This document shows, one piece after another, positions 17,623-25,334 of a stretch of 29,647 nt of DNA. A program made the translations under genes and the position numbers. Each line of letters begins with the position of its first letter. The first letter of the stretch is position 1. This DNA is from Candidatus Diapherotrites archaeon CG10_big_fil_rev_8_21_14_0_10_31_34 (GTDB lineage Archaea; Iainarchaeota; Iainarchaeia; Iainarchaeales; 1-14-0-10-31-34): contig PFAI01000022.1 in assembly GCA_002763225.1 (NCBI GenBank), positions 1 to 29,647 of the forward strand, read 5' to 3'. The notes beneath the pieces are model-generated. The model was not told the DNA's origin. It worked only from the letters and a program-made list of their open reading frames with translations, and made no database searches.

Positions 17623-18540
17623 TTACTCTCTTTTAACAACAAAAACTATTTCGTTTGGAAAATCAATTTGTGCACTCAAATAAAGGCTGTTTTCCTTAAT
17701 AAATTTTTTGATTGTTCCTGTCTCTCTAAAAGATATTTTTTCTTTTTTTGTCATTGATTCCTTTGAACAGCTTAAAACAATCCATTTAGCAGGAATTAAA
17801 TCCAGCAAGTTTTCAGTTAAACCTCTTTTCTCTCTTTCAATTACTGGAATCAATTTAAGCAAAAAAACAACATCGAAGTTTTTTCCGTTATTTAAATCAA
17901 GTAATTCATTTCTTGTATCAAAATCAGTGTTCTTTAAATCCAATAAAAATCCTTTTCCTTTTATTCCGGAGTTTTCAGTCAATTTAAAATATTCATTCAT
18001 TTGCTCAACAAACTCTTTTTTGTATTCTGTCCCAACAAAATCCAGTTTTTTCAAGCCGGAAAAAATCAAAGAAAAATAATTAAATCCAGTAGAAACATCT
18101 AATAAAGAATCTGGTTTTCCGGTTACCTCAAAAATTTTTTTGTAAAATTCCGGATAAAATTCAATTCTTTCTTTAGAAGAAATATGCATTTTTAAAAGTT
18201 GTTTATGCAAATCCAAAGTTTTCTCTGGTTTTTCTTTTTTCAACGCCTTTTTTAGTTCATCAAATTTTTCTTTTATTTCCTGAACTGATTCATGTTTGTA
18301 CTGCCTTAAATTATAATAAATATTTTTTTTGGTTTTCTTCATTACTTTCCTGTACTCGCTCCATTTACTGAAATTCTTTTTCTCTGAAAACTCTAAAGCT
18401 TTTTCCATAAAAACCTTGTTCTTAAATGCTTCATCCAGAAAAAACTCTTCTGCCTGCTCTGGGCTGACCTTATACCTTTTAACAATTTTTTCCACTGACT
18501 CTTTCACTATTTTTTCCGGAATCAAATTCAATTCAGTCAT
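17623..18540 (-). CDS. 16S rRNA m7G1405 methyltransferase-like protein (FmrO/ArmA/Rmt family)
   Basis: LKMHISSKERI..FY..IF and LLDVSTGFN parallel HxSTxERL and DxxCGxNP; DVVFLLKLIPVIE, W.V.S, NEIVF. Confidence 0.8.
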   Translation of the reverse strand: MTELNLIPEKIVKESVEKIVKRYKVSPEQAEEFFLDEAFKNKVFMEKALEFSEKKNFSKWSEYRKVMKKTKKNIYYNLRQYKHESVQEIKEKFDELKKALKKEKPEKTLDLHKQLLKMHISSKERIEFYPEFYKKIFEVTGKPDSLLDVSTGFNYFSLIFSGLKKLDFVGTEYKKEFVEQMNEYFKLTENSGIKGKGFLLDLKNTDFDTRNELLDLNNGKNFDVVFLLKLIPVIEREKRGLTENLLDLIPAKWIVLSCSKESMTKKEKISFRETGTIKKFIKENSLYLSAQIDFPNEIVFVVKRE

Positions 18541-18650
18541 TTTTTCTCAATAAAAACTTAAAACAAAAGAGTTTTTTAACTGAAGCAAATTTTTAATTCG
18601 TTTATTGACGTAAGCAAAATGATTAATCTTTTGGTTTTGATTGTTTTCTT

Positions 18651-19073
18651 ATGAGAAAGAAATTCTATTTAGACACCTGCATCTGGAGAGACTATTTTGA
18701 GGACAGGAAAGACAATTTAAAGCCATTAGGAGAATTTGCTTTCCAGTTTTTGAAAAAATGTGAAAAAAACAACTGGAAAGTCTTGTATTCTGAATTTGTT
18801 GTTAAAGAATTGAAGAAAGATTACTCTGAAGAAAGAATAAAAGAAATTTTTTCTTCTTTTCAGAACCTTCTTGTGAAGGTTCATATTTCAATTGAACAAA
18901 TAATTGAATCTGAAAAATTAAAATCTAAAATAAAAGAAAGCCATGAATCAGATATTTTGCATGCAATAATTTCAAGAGACAATAATGCAGTTCTTATTTC
19001 CAGAGACAGACATTTTGATTACTTAAAGGATTTTGTTGAAGTGAAAATCCCTGAAGAAATTATTTTTGATTAA
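18651..19073 (+). CDS. PIN-domain (VapC-like) ribonuclease
   Basis: YLDTC, SEFVVKEL, SDILHA, ISRDRHF; acidic quartet appears intact. Confidence 0.9.
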   Translation: MRKKFYLDTCIWRDYFEDRKDNLKPLGEFAFQFLKKCEKNNWKVLYSEFVVKELKKDYSEERIKEIFSSFQNLLVKVHISIEQIIESEKLKSKIKESHESDILHAIISRDNNAVLISRDRHFDYLKDFVEVKIPEEIIFD

Positions 19074-19353
19074 ACTTTTTTTTCATTTCTTCAAAGAATT
19101 CTTCAGCTGCTTCTTCTTGCAGTTTCCTGAATTCTTCATCAGTTTTAGCTTTTCCTTTTCCCTTGAAAATGCCTCTTGTAGCATAAAGTGTATTCCATGC
19201 TTTCTTTTTTTCCCTGTTTTCCTCTAACTGCTGTAATTTAGTTCTTATTGCATCCCTTAAAAAATCAGATTTAGTATTATAATGAAATTCTTTCATTCCT
19301 TTTTCAATCTGCTTTAAAACAGGCTTATCTAATCTAAAACTTACATACTCCAT
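19060..19353 (-). CDS. Ribbon-helix-helix (CopG/NikR-like) protein, putative antitoxin
   Basis: MEYVSFRLD..VLKQIE…YNTKSDFLRDAIR; ATG at 19353 preferred over TTG 19368. Confidence 0.85.
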   Translation of the reverse strand: MEYVSFRLDKPVLKQIEKGMKEFHYNTKSDFLRDAIRTKLQQLEENREKKKAWNTLYATRGIFKGKGKAKTDEEFRKLQEEAAEEFFEEMKKKFNQK

Positions 19354-19362
19354 AAAATATTG

Positions 19363-19377
19363 TAACACAATGTGTTA
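19363..19377. promoter_or_regulatory. Palindromic operator between TATA box and start of the RHH gene
   Basis: TAACACA-A-TGTGTTA; TTTATAAT on the minus strand immediately upstream. Confidence 0.6.
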
Positions 19378-19391
19378 TTATAAAATTATCG

Positions 19392-20417
19392 TTAAAACCA
19401 TTGTCCTAAAGCGCTTTGTTGTCCTTTTTCATCTAATTTTTTTTGCAGTCTTTCAAGAGTTCCTGAAACTCTTTCTTTGCTGAATTGATGTTTTTCGCAA
19501 AGCAATTCAATTATTTTTTCTTTATCAGCGTTCTTAAACTCAATTTTAAAGTTGTCTTCATATTCTGGTTCCAAAAAAATTTTTTCAACTTCTTTCCAGT
19601 CAAAATCAATTTCTTGTGTAGTTTTTTTGATTATGCTTTCAAAATCATCAAATTCTTTCACTAATTTTAATGCAGTTTTTGGTCCGATTTTAGGAAACTT
19701 TTCATTAAAATCATTTCCAATTAAAATAGCAATCCAAACAAGTTTTTTTCTGTCAATTTCGTTTTTTTCTAATGCTTTTTGTAATTCAATTTTTTCCGGA
19801 AAACTTTCAACATAAATATTTCTTCCTGGAACCTTTCTTTTTCCTCCAATAGTAATGTTTCTCAGTAAAACTGGTGTCCCAAATAACAGAGAATCAAAGT
19901 CCTGGCTGACACACCCAAACAGTTTTCCTTTTTCTGTCATTTGAGAAATCTGTGCTTCTCCATCACTTGGAGCCTGAATTACAGGCAAACCCATAAATTC
20001 AGCTAATAATTTTGCTTCTTCAACCATTTCTTTTGTTAAACGAGAAGTTTGTTGGGCAAACTTTTTTGCTGTTTCTAAATCCCCTTTTTCTTTTGCTTCA
20101 AGCATTTTTTGTTCTGCTGCAGTTCTAATAGCCCTTCTTTTTTCTCTTGTTTTTTCTTTTAATGAATGAGGTTTTCCGTCAAAAACAAAAACAGGTTTAA
20201 TATCCCTAGAAAGTAAATTGGTTGTTCTATAGAATAATCCTGTAAGATGAGAAGTAACATTTCCTTCTGAATCCATTAAAGGACTTCCATCTTGTCCTCT
20301 GATATTTGAAAGAAACTGATACAAAATGTTAAATGAATCTACTCCCACAGTTTTATTTGACAGAGCATCTAATTCAATTATTTCTTTTTCAACTAATTCT
20401 CCTATTTGAGTGCCCAT
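19392..20417 (-). CDS. fen: Flap endonuclease-1
   Basis: LYQFLSNIRGQDG, TSHLTGLFYRT, VFVFDG, APSDGEAQ, SQDFDSLLFG, C-terminal PIP box QSALGQWF. Confidence 0.97.
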   Translation of the reverse strand: MGTQIGELVEKEIIELDALSNKTVGVDSFNILYQFLSNIRGQDGSPLMDSEGNVTSHLTGLFYRTTNLLSRDIKPVFVFDGKPHSLKEKTREKRRAIRTAAEQKMLEAKEKGDLETAKKFAQQTSRLTKEMVEEAKLLAEFMGLPVIQAPSDGEAQISQMTEKGKLFGCVSQDFDSLLFGTPVLLRNITIGGKRKVPGRNIYVESFPEKIELQKALEKNEIDRKKLVWIAILIGNDFNEKFPKIGPKTALKLVKEFDDFESIIKKTTQEIDFDWKEVEKIFLEPEYEDNFKIEFKNADKEKIIELLCEKHQFSKERVSGTLERLQKKLDEKGQQSALGQWF

Positions 20418-20494
20418 TTTCTCCCTTTAATACTCTAAAACAAAAGGGATTTTAAGCTTTATTTACCTATATTTCTTAGAAGGAAATTAGAAAA

Positions 20495-20508
20495 TTAGCC
20501 TAACCTAA
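20495..20508. promoter_or_regulatory. DtxR/MntR-like box in the fen/tfb divergent region
   Basis: TTAGCCTAACCTAA, one mismatch from TTAGG-N4-CCTAA. Confidence 0.35.
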
Positions 20509-20677
20509 CTTTCATTTATAAAGAAAACTGAACCAAAAGGCTTATTAAGGTTGGAAGCTGCTATTTATATAGTGCTATGCTATTTGTTCTCATTTTTATT
20601 TATATGATGGATTTCCGTTTATCTGAACTTATAGCGTGAATTAAAAATATTTTTTTTGTAAAATAGAAGGTGATTTA

Positions 20678-21580
20678 ATGGCTGAATGCCCAGATTGTAA
20701 AAGCAAAAACGTTAGAAAAGACCAGGAAAAAGGAGAATTAGTTTGTCAGGACTGTGGTTTTGTTATGGAAGAAGACGAAATAGACCAAGGCAAAGAATGG
20801 AGAAGCTTTGATTCAGATCAATTCGAAGAGAGAGCAAGAACAGGAAGCCCAATGAAATATGTTAAACTAAACAAAGGCTTGGTTACAATGATTGACAGAA
20901 GAGGAACAGATTTAAGAGGAAACAAATTATCCTCAAAATCAAGAGCTCAAATGTATAGATTAATTAAATGGCATAAAAGAGCTTCAATTTCAAGTTCAAT
21001 GCAAAGAAATTTATCTATAGCATTAACTGAATTAAGAAGAGTTGCTTCTTACTTAAACATCCCAGAATCATTGGTTGAAGCAGCTGCATTATTATACAGA
21101 AAAACAGTGAAAAAAGGATTAATCAGAGGAAGATTAATTGAAGCAGTTGTTGCAGCAGTTTTGTATACAGTTTGCAGAACATACCATGTTCCAAGAACTT
21201 TAAATGAAATGGCTGAAGCATCAGGTTTAACCAAAAAAGAAATTGGAAGAACATACAGATTTTTAGTAAGAGAACTAAAATTAGAAGTACCTTTAACTAA
21301 TCCAATTCATTATATCCCAAGATTTGCTTCAGAACTAAACCTTTCAGGTGAAGTGCAGGAAGAAGGAAGAAAAATCCTTGAAGAAGCAATTGGAAACGGA
21401 TTAATCTCTGGAAGAGGTCCAACAGGAGTCGCAGCAGCAGCAGTATACATCGCTGGACTATTGAAAGGAGAAAGAAGAACCCAAAAAGAAGTTGCAAATG
21501 TTGCAGGAGTAACAGAAGTAACAATCCGAAACAGGTACAGGGAATTAAAAAAGAGATTAAACATAGAGGTGGTTGCTTAA
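20678..21580 (+). CDS. tfb: Transcription initiation factor IIB
   Basis: Zn ribbon CPDC…CQDCG, EWRSF, RTGSP, GLIRGR, SGRGPTGVAAAA, VTEVTIRNRY; GAAGGTGA RBS. Confidence 0.98.
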   Translation: MAECPDCKSKNVRKDQEKGELVCQDCGFVMEEDEIDQGKEWRSFDSDQFEERARTGSPMKYVKLNKGLVTMIDRRGTDLRGNKLSSKSRAQMYRLIKWHKRASISSSMQRNLSIALTELRRVASYLNIPESLVEAAALLYRKTVKKGLIRGRLIEAVVAAVLYTVCRTYHVPRTLNEMAEASGLTKKEIGRTYRFLVRELKLEVPLTNPIHYIPRFASELNLSGEVQEEGRKILEEAIGNGLISGRGPTGVAAAAVYIAGLLKGERRTQKEVANVAGVTEVTIRNRYRELKKRLNIEVVA

Positions 21581-21663
21581 ACCCCTTTTTTTCTTTTTTT
21601 TTGGCAACATATTATGTAGCCAATTGAAAACATAATTGTTATACTTTAAATGGAGGTAATAAT

Positions 21664-21840
21664 ATGAATCAGTTAGGAAGAATAACAGCTTTGTTCAACA
21701 ACCTTAAAGCAAATTTTGGATTTAAACAAACAAAATTAAAGATTGCTAAAACCAATTCAAAGATTACAAAAAGAAGCAAAGCAAAATCAAGAACAGTCAA
21801 AACAAGCACTTCCAAAAGGAAATCAGTTAGAAGAAAATAA
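21664..21840 (+). CDS. 58-aa highly basic small protein (not in the ORF track)
   Basis: MNQLGRITALFNNLKANFGFKQTKLKIAKTNSKITKRSKAKSRTVKTSTSKRKSVRRK; GGAGGT RBS at 21652-21657. Confidence 0.75.
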   Translation: MNQLGRITALFNNLKANFGFKQTKLKIAKTNSKITKRSKAKSRTVKTSTSKRKSVRRK

Positions 21841-21948
21841 AACGTTTAGGAAAAGTTTTATCAAAATGGCTTGCGCCATAAACTTTTAGGAAAAGTTTTA
21901 TCAACAACTTTTAAAAAAAGTTGTATCAAAACGAGGGATAAATCCCTC
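21840..21948 (+). repeat. Cluster of three palindromic repeat units with interspersed GC hairpins
   Basis: AAACGTTTAGGAAAAGTTTTATCAAAA, ATGGC-TTGC-GCCAT, AAACTTTTAGGAAAAGTTTTATCAA, AACAACTTTTAAAAAAAGTTGTATCAAAA, GAGGGAT-AA-ATCCCTC. Confidence 0.8.
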
Positions 21949-21987
21949 ATAAAAACTGATTTCTTTTCTTTTTCTTTTTTTTAATTT

Positions 21988-22425
21988 TTAGCCAATATAA
22001 ACTACATAGTTATAGCCAATATTATACCCGTAATAAGGGCGATAATAGCCTGAACTATAATAAGAATAATATTTATATGAAGGGTAATAAGAATAAGAAT
22101 AATTATAAGGGCCGTAATAATACTGGTAGTAATAAGGATAGTAATAGACTGGGTATGAATAATAACTTTGAGTGTATTTATTGTATTTAGTAGATGAATT
22201 ATATTTGTTTGAGTTGTAATTTGAGCTGTAATTTGAGTTGTAATTTGAGTTGTAATTTGAGTTGTAATTTGAGTTATCGCTTGTGTCTTGGTATGAATCA
22301 TAAGCTGACTCATAATGAGTGTCATAAGAAGGACAGCCATTAATTGAACAAATCTGGTCAGCAAAAGCTATTTGGCTTAAAGCAATTAAACCAATTAAAA
22401 TTAATCCAATTTTTAATGAATTCAT
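21988..22425 (-). CDS. Secreted Tyr/Asn/Ser-rich low-complexity protein
   Basis: Signal peptide MNSLKIGLILIGLIALSQIAFA with GGAG RBS before ATG 22425; (SNYN)n repeat and Tyr-rich C-terminus. Confidence 0.8.
   Translation of the reverse strand: MNSLKIGLILIGLIALSQIAFADQICSINGCPSYDTHYESAYDSYQDTSDNSNYNSNYNSNYNSNYSSNYNSNKYNSSTKYNKYTQSYYSYPVYYYPYYYQYYYGPYNYSYSYYPSYKYYSYYSSGYYRPYYGYNIGYNYVVYIG
22208..22275. repeat. 12-bp coding tandem repeat, about 5.6 copies
   Basis: TTTGAGTTGTAA units, one with a T>C change; encodes SNYN on the minus strand. Confidence 0.95.
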
Positions 22426-22587
22426 GTTTTCTCCAATAAATATTAGTGTCAAAATATTACTTAAATGTTACTATTTCACTAAACTGAGTTAATTAAGCTA
22501 TTTTGTTTGTCTTTTTTTCTTTCCAGCTTTCATTGTTTTTTAGTTTTAACTAAAACTATTTATACTTCAAAAGCGTTTTTTATTTGA

Positions 22588-22935
22588 TTGAAAATGCTTA
22601 ATCTGATTATAAGTCTGGTAGTGGATTCAATTGTATTATTTTATATTGCCCGTTTTATGAGAATCAGATATAATTCGGTTCAAAAAGCAGTTTTAACAAC
22701 AGGTTTAGCATTAGGTTTAGGGTATCTTTTAGGAAACTTTTTTGTTTCAATTTTGTTTTCTGATTTAATTGCTTTTCTTATTCCATTGCTTCCGATTTTT
22801 CTTATTACAGCATTATTTCTGAGACTTTTTATAATTAAATTTGTTTACAAAATCGGTTTTTCAACTGCTTTTATGATTTGGATTATAACTGCAGTAGTTT
22901 CAGTTGTGGTTTCTTTTTTCCTTCCATTTTACTAG
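22588..22935 (+). CDS. Small 4-TM hypothetical membrane protein
   Basis: Hydrophobic 115-aa ORF; start may be ATG 22594. Confidence 0.75.
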   Translation: MKMLNLIISLVVDSIVLFYIARFMRIRYNSVQKAVLTTGLALGLGYLLGNFFVSILFSDLIAFLIPLLPIFLITALFLRLFIIKFVYKIGFSTAFMIWIITAVVSVVVSFFLPFY

Positions 22936-22939
22936 ATTA

Positions 22940-23002
22940 AGTTAGGCTTTCCTAACTCTTTTTAAAGACTTCTTCCCTACTGTAATTAGGCTTGCCTAAT
23001 TA
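22940..23002. promoter_or_regulatory. Two TTAGG-N4-CCTAA palindromes flanking a TATA box (DtxR/MntR-like operators)
   Basis: AGTTAGG-CTTT-CCTAACT at 22940-22957, TTTTTAAA at 22959-22966, TAATTAGGC-TT-GCCTAATTA at 22983-23002. Confidence 0.7.
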
Positions 23003-23049
23003 TTGGTTTTTGCTGATGATTTGGTTTGTCTGTTTGTTGAGGTGGTTTA

Positions 23050-23598
23050 ATTGATTCAGCTGAAAGAGTTTTCAAAAGGATTAAGCATGAAGCAGAAGAG
23101 AGGAGTCTGCCTGCTGTTGGCAGAAAAAAAGGACAACTGCTTGAAAATTTTGTCATAGCTTACCAGCCTGGCAGCATTCTTGAACTGGGAACCCTTTCAG
23201 GGTTCTCAGCAATCTTTATGGCTCAGCATTTGAGGAAAGGAAAAATAACTTGCATTGAAATCTCTGAAGAAAACGCGGGAATTGCCGGAAAAAACATTAA
23301 GGATGCAGGATTAGAACATAAAATTGAAATTCTGGTTGGGGATGCAGAAAAGGTTTTGCCTGAATTAAAGCAGAAATTTGATTTAGTTTTTTTGGACACA
23401 GAAAAAGAAGATTATATTAAGCACTTAAAATTATTTGAAAAGAATCTTTTTAAGGGCTCTGTAATCATAGCTGATAACGTAAAAAAGTTTAAGCATAAAG
23501 TTAAAGATTATCTGGATTATGTCAGGAATTCAGCTAAATATGACAGTGAATATTTTGAGTTTGGTTTTGATGCAGTTGAAGTCAGTTTTTTGAGGTAA
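23050..23598 (+). CDS. Class I SAM-dependent O-methyltransferase (YrrM/COMT-like), probable ATT start
   Basis: Frame is open from 23041 and holds SAM motif ILELGTLSGFS upstream of the first ATG (23218); GAGGTGG RBS at 23039-23045 precedes ATT 23050; FDLVFLDTEK, IIADNV. Confidence 0.85.
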   Translation: MDSAERVFKRIKHEAEERSLPAVGRKKGQLLENFVIAYQPGSILELGTLSGFSAIFMAQHLRKGKITCIEISEENAGIAGKNIKDAGLEHKIEILVGDAEKVLPELKQKFDLVFLDTEKEDYIKHLKLFEKNLFKGSVIIADNVKKFKHKVKDYLDYVRNSAKYDSEYFEFGFDAVEVSFLR

Positions 23599-23913
23599 TT
23601 ATTTTTTTGTTTCTTTTTTCTTTGTTTCTTTTGTTTTGGCTGTTTTTTTTGTTTTCTCTTTGACTGTGATTTTTGTTCCTACTGCAGTTCCCGGAAGACC
23701 TTTTTCCATTCTTGCTATTACTGCTCCTTTGTTTCCGTGAACTCTGGTTATTTTCCCTTTAATTATTTTTCCGCTGGTTGTTTTCCATTCAGCTTTGTTT
23801 CCGATTAAAGCTGAAGCCTTTGCTTTTGTATTAACTGAATCTGAAACAAGAACAAACTGGTTTGTATGCTGTGTTCTTCTTCCTCTTCTAAAATTCTTTA
23901 TTACCATTCTCAT
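23599..23913 (-). CDS. rpl35ae: 50S ribosomal protein L35Ae
   Basis: NFRRGRRTQHTNQ, GKITRVHGNKGAVIAR..GLPG; Lys/Thr-rich tail. Confidence 0.95.
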   Translation of the reverse strand: MRMVIKNFRRGRRTQHTNQFVLVSDSVNTKAKASALIGNKAEWKTTSGKIIKGKITRVHGNKGAVIARMEKGLPGTAVGTKITVKEKTKKTAKTKETKKKETKK

Positions 23914-24040
23914 TTTATTTCACCGTTAAAAATCAGTCAAAGAATTGTGTATCGCAACACTTTTAAATCAAACTTTTTGCAGTAGTTTTTGCATTAACCT
24001 CTTAAACTTTTCAGGAGTTCTTTTGTTAAGTGATTAAAGA

Positions 24041-24691
24041 ATGCTTATTGCAGGAATAGATGAAGCAGGAAGAGGACCAGTATTAGGTCCAATGGTTTTG
24101 GCTGTATGCTGTATTCATAAAAGAGATGAAGAAAAGCTTTTAGAATTAGGGGTAAAAGATTCTAAATTATTGAGTGCTAAGGAAAGAGAAAGACAGTTTT
24201 CTGTGATTAAATCCATTGCAAAAGAATTTAATTCAATTCACGTTTCAGCAAAAGAAATTGATTTTTTAAGAGACAAGAAATCTTTGAATGAAATTGAGGC
24301 AATGAGAATCGGAATGCTGTTAAATGAATTAAAAGAAAAACCCGAAATTGTTTTTGTTGATTCTCCTGACAACATAGAAAAAAATTTTGAAAAGAGAATC
24401 AGAACTTATCTGAATTTTGACTGCATTATTAAGTCAGAGCATAAAGCTGACTTGAATTACCCAATTGTTTCTGCTGCTTCAATTATTGCTAAAGTTGAAA
24501 GAGATTTAGAAATAAAAAAATTAGCTGAAAAATACGGGGAATTAGGTTCAGGTTATCCCGGAGATGAAGTCACAATAAAATTTTTGGATGACTGGATGAA
24601 ATCCAATGAAGTTCTTCCTGAATTTGCAAGAAATTCATGGGATACTTCAAGAAGACTTTTAGATAAAAAGTTTCAAAAAAAATTATTTTGA
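24041..24691 (+). CDS. rnhB: Ribonuclease HII
   Basis: GIDEAGRGPVLGP, VKDSK, VSAASIIAKVER, GSGYP, PIP-like QKKLF. Confidence 0.97.
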   Translation: MLIAGIDEAGRGPVLGPMVLAVCCIHKRDEEKLLELGVKDSKLLSAKERERQFSVIKSIAKEFNSIHVSAKEIDFLRDKKSLNEIEAMRIGMLLNELKEKPEIVFVDSPDNIEKNFEKRIRTYLNFDCIIKSEHKADLNYPIVSAASIIAKVERDLEIKKLAEKYGELGSGYPGDEVTIKFLDDWMKSNEVLPEFARNSWDTSRRLLDKKFQKKLF

Positions 24692-24743
24692 TTTTTTTGC
24701 AAAGCAAAAAACTTTTTGTTTAAAAAGGGTTTGCGGAACATTT

Positions 24744-24774
24744 TTTTGGTTAAGCTTTTTTTTAAAAAGGTTAA
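24744..24774 (-). repeat. Degenerate copy of the dispersed palindromic repeat
   Basis: Minus strand TTAACCTTTTTAAAAAAAAGCTTAACCAAAA. Confidence 0.5.
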
Positions 24775-24860
24775 GAGAAAGGATATAAAAATTCTGGTTT
24801 TAAAAATTACCTTTATAAAACCAAACAGAGCTTATTCAATTTAAGAGAGAGTTGTTTTTA

Positions 24861-25334
24861 ATGCAGGAAAAAGAAAATAAAAATAAGTCAATTAAAGTTT
24901 CTTTGGATATGAATAAAATTGAAGAAATGATTGATTCTTTAATGGGCTCAATGATGGAAAAAGTGCCTGATGAAAAACAGCCTTTTGTAATGGGTTTTAC
25001 TATCAATTTTAATTCAGATGAACTGCCTTTAATTGAAGAATTAAAGGAATTCAAACAAGGAAATGATTTAGAGAAAAATTTTGTTGCAAAAAATTTTTCC
25101 AAGCCTTTAGCTGAAGCACAGTATTTTGATAAAGAAGTTATTGTTTCATTTGAATTGCCGAAAAAAGTAATAAAAAAAGAGTTAAGGGTTGATGTAAAAG
25201 AAGACAGTGTTTTTGTCATAGCACCAAAATACAATTTTTTCAGAAGACTTCACTTAAAACAAAAAATTAATCCAAATTCTTTTAGTTCTAATTTCAATAA
25301 CTCTTTTTTGGAATTAACTTTCAAGAAAAAATAG
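24861..25334 (+). CDS. Archaeal Hsp20-like small heat shock protein, divergent
   Basis: PFVMGFTINF..P.IEE, ELP…V.V, F.NSFLELTFKK alpha-crystallin-like C-terminus; ATG 24861 or TTG 24852. Confidence 0.7.
   Translation: MQEKENKNKSIKVSLDMNKIEEMIDSLMGSMMEKVPDEKQPFVMGFTINFNSDELPLIEELKEFKQGNDLEKNFVAKNFSKPLAEAQYFDKEVIVSFELPKKVIKKELRVDVKEDSVFVIAPKYNFFRRLHLKQKINPNSFSSNFNNSFLELTFKKK

Noticed and set aside
20577..20639. 20-aa ORF upstream of tfb
   Set aside because: No RBS, and it starts only a few bases after the likely TATA box, upstream of the expected transcription start
21840..21948. Mini CRISPR array
   Set aside because: Repeats are not identical, spacers are 0-13 nt and palindromic, and there are no cas genes
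22208..22275. Iteron or origin-like repeat
   Set aside because: The 12-bp period is in frame within a signal-peptide-bearing ORF
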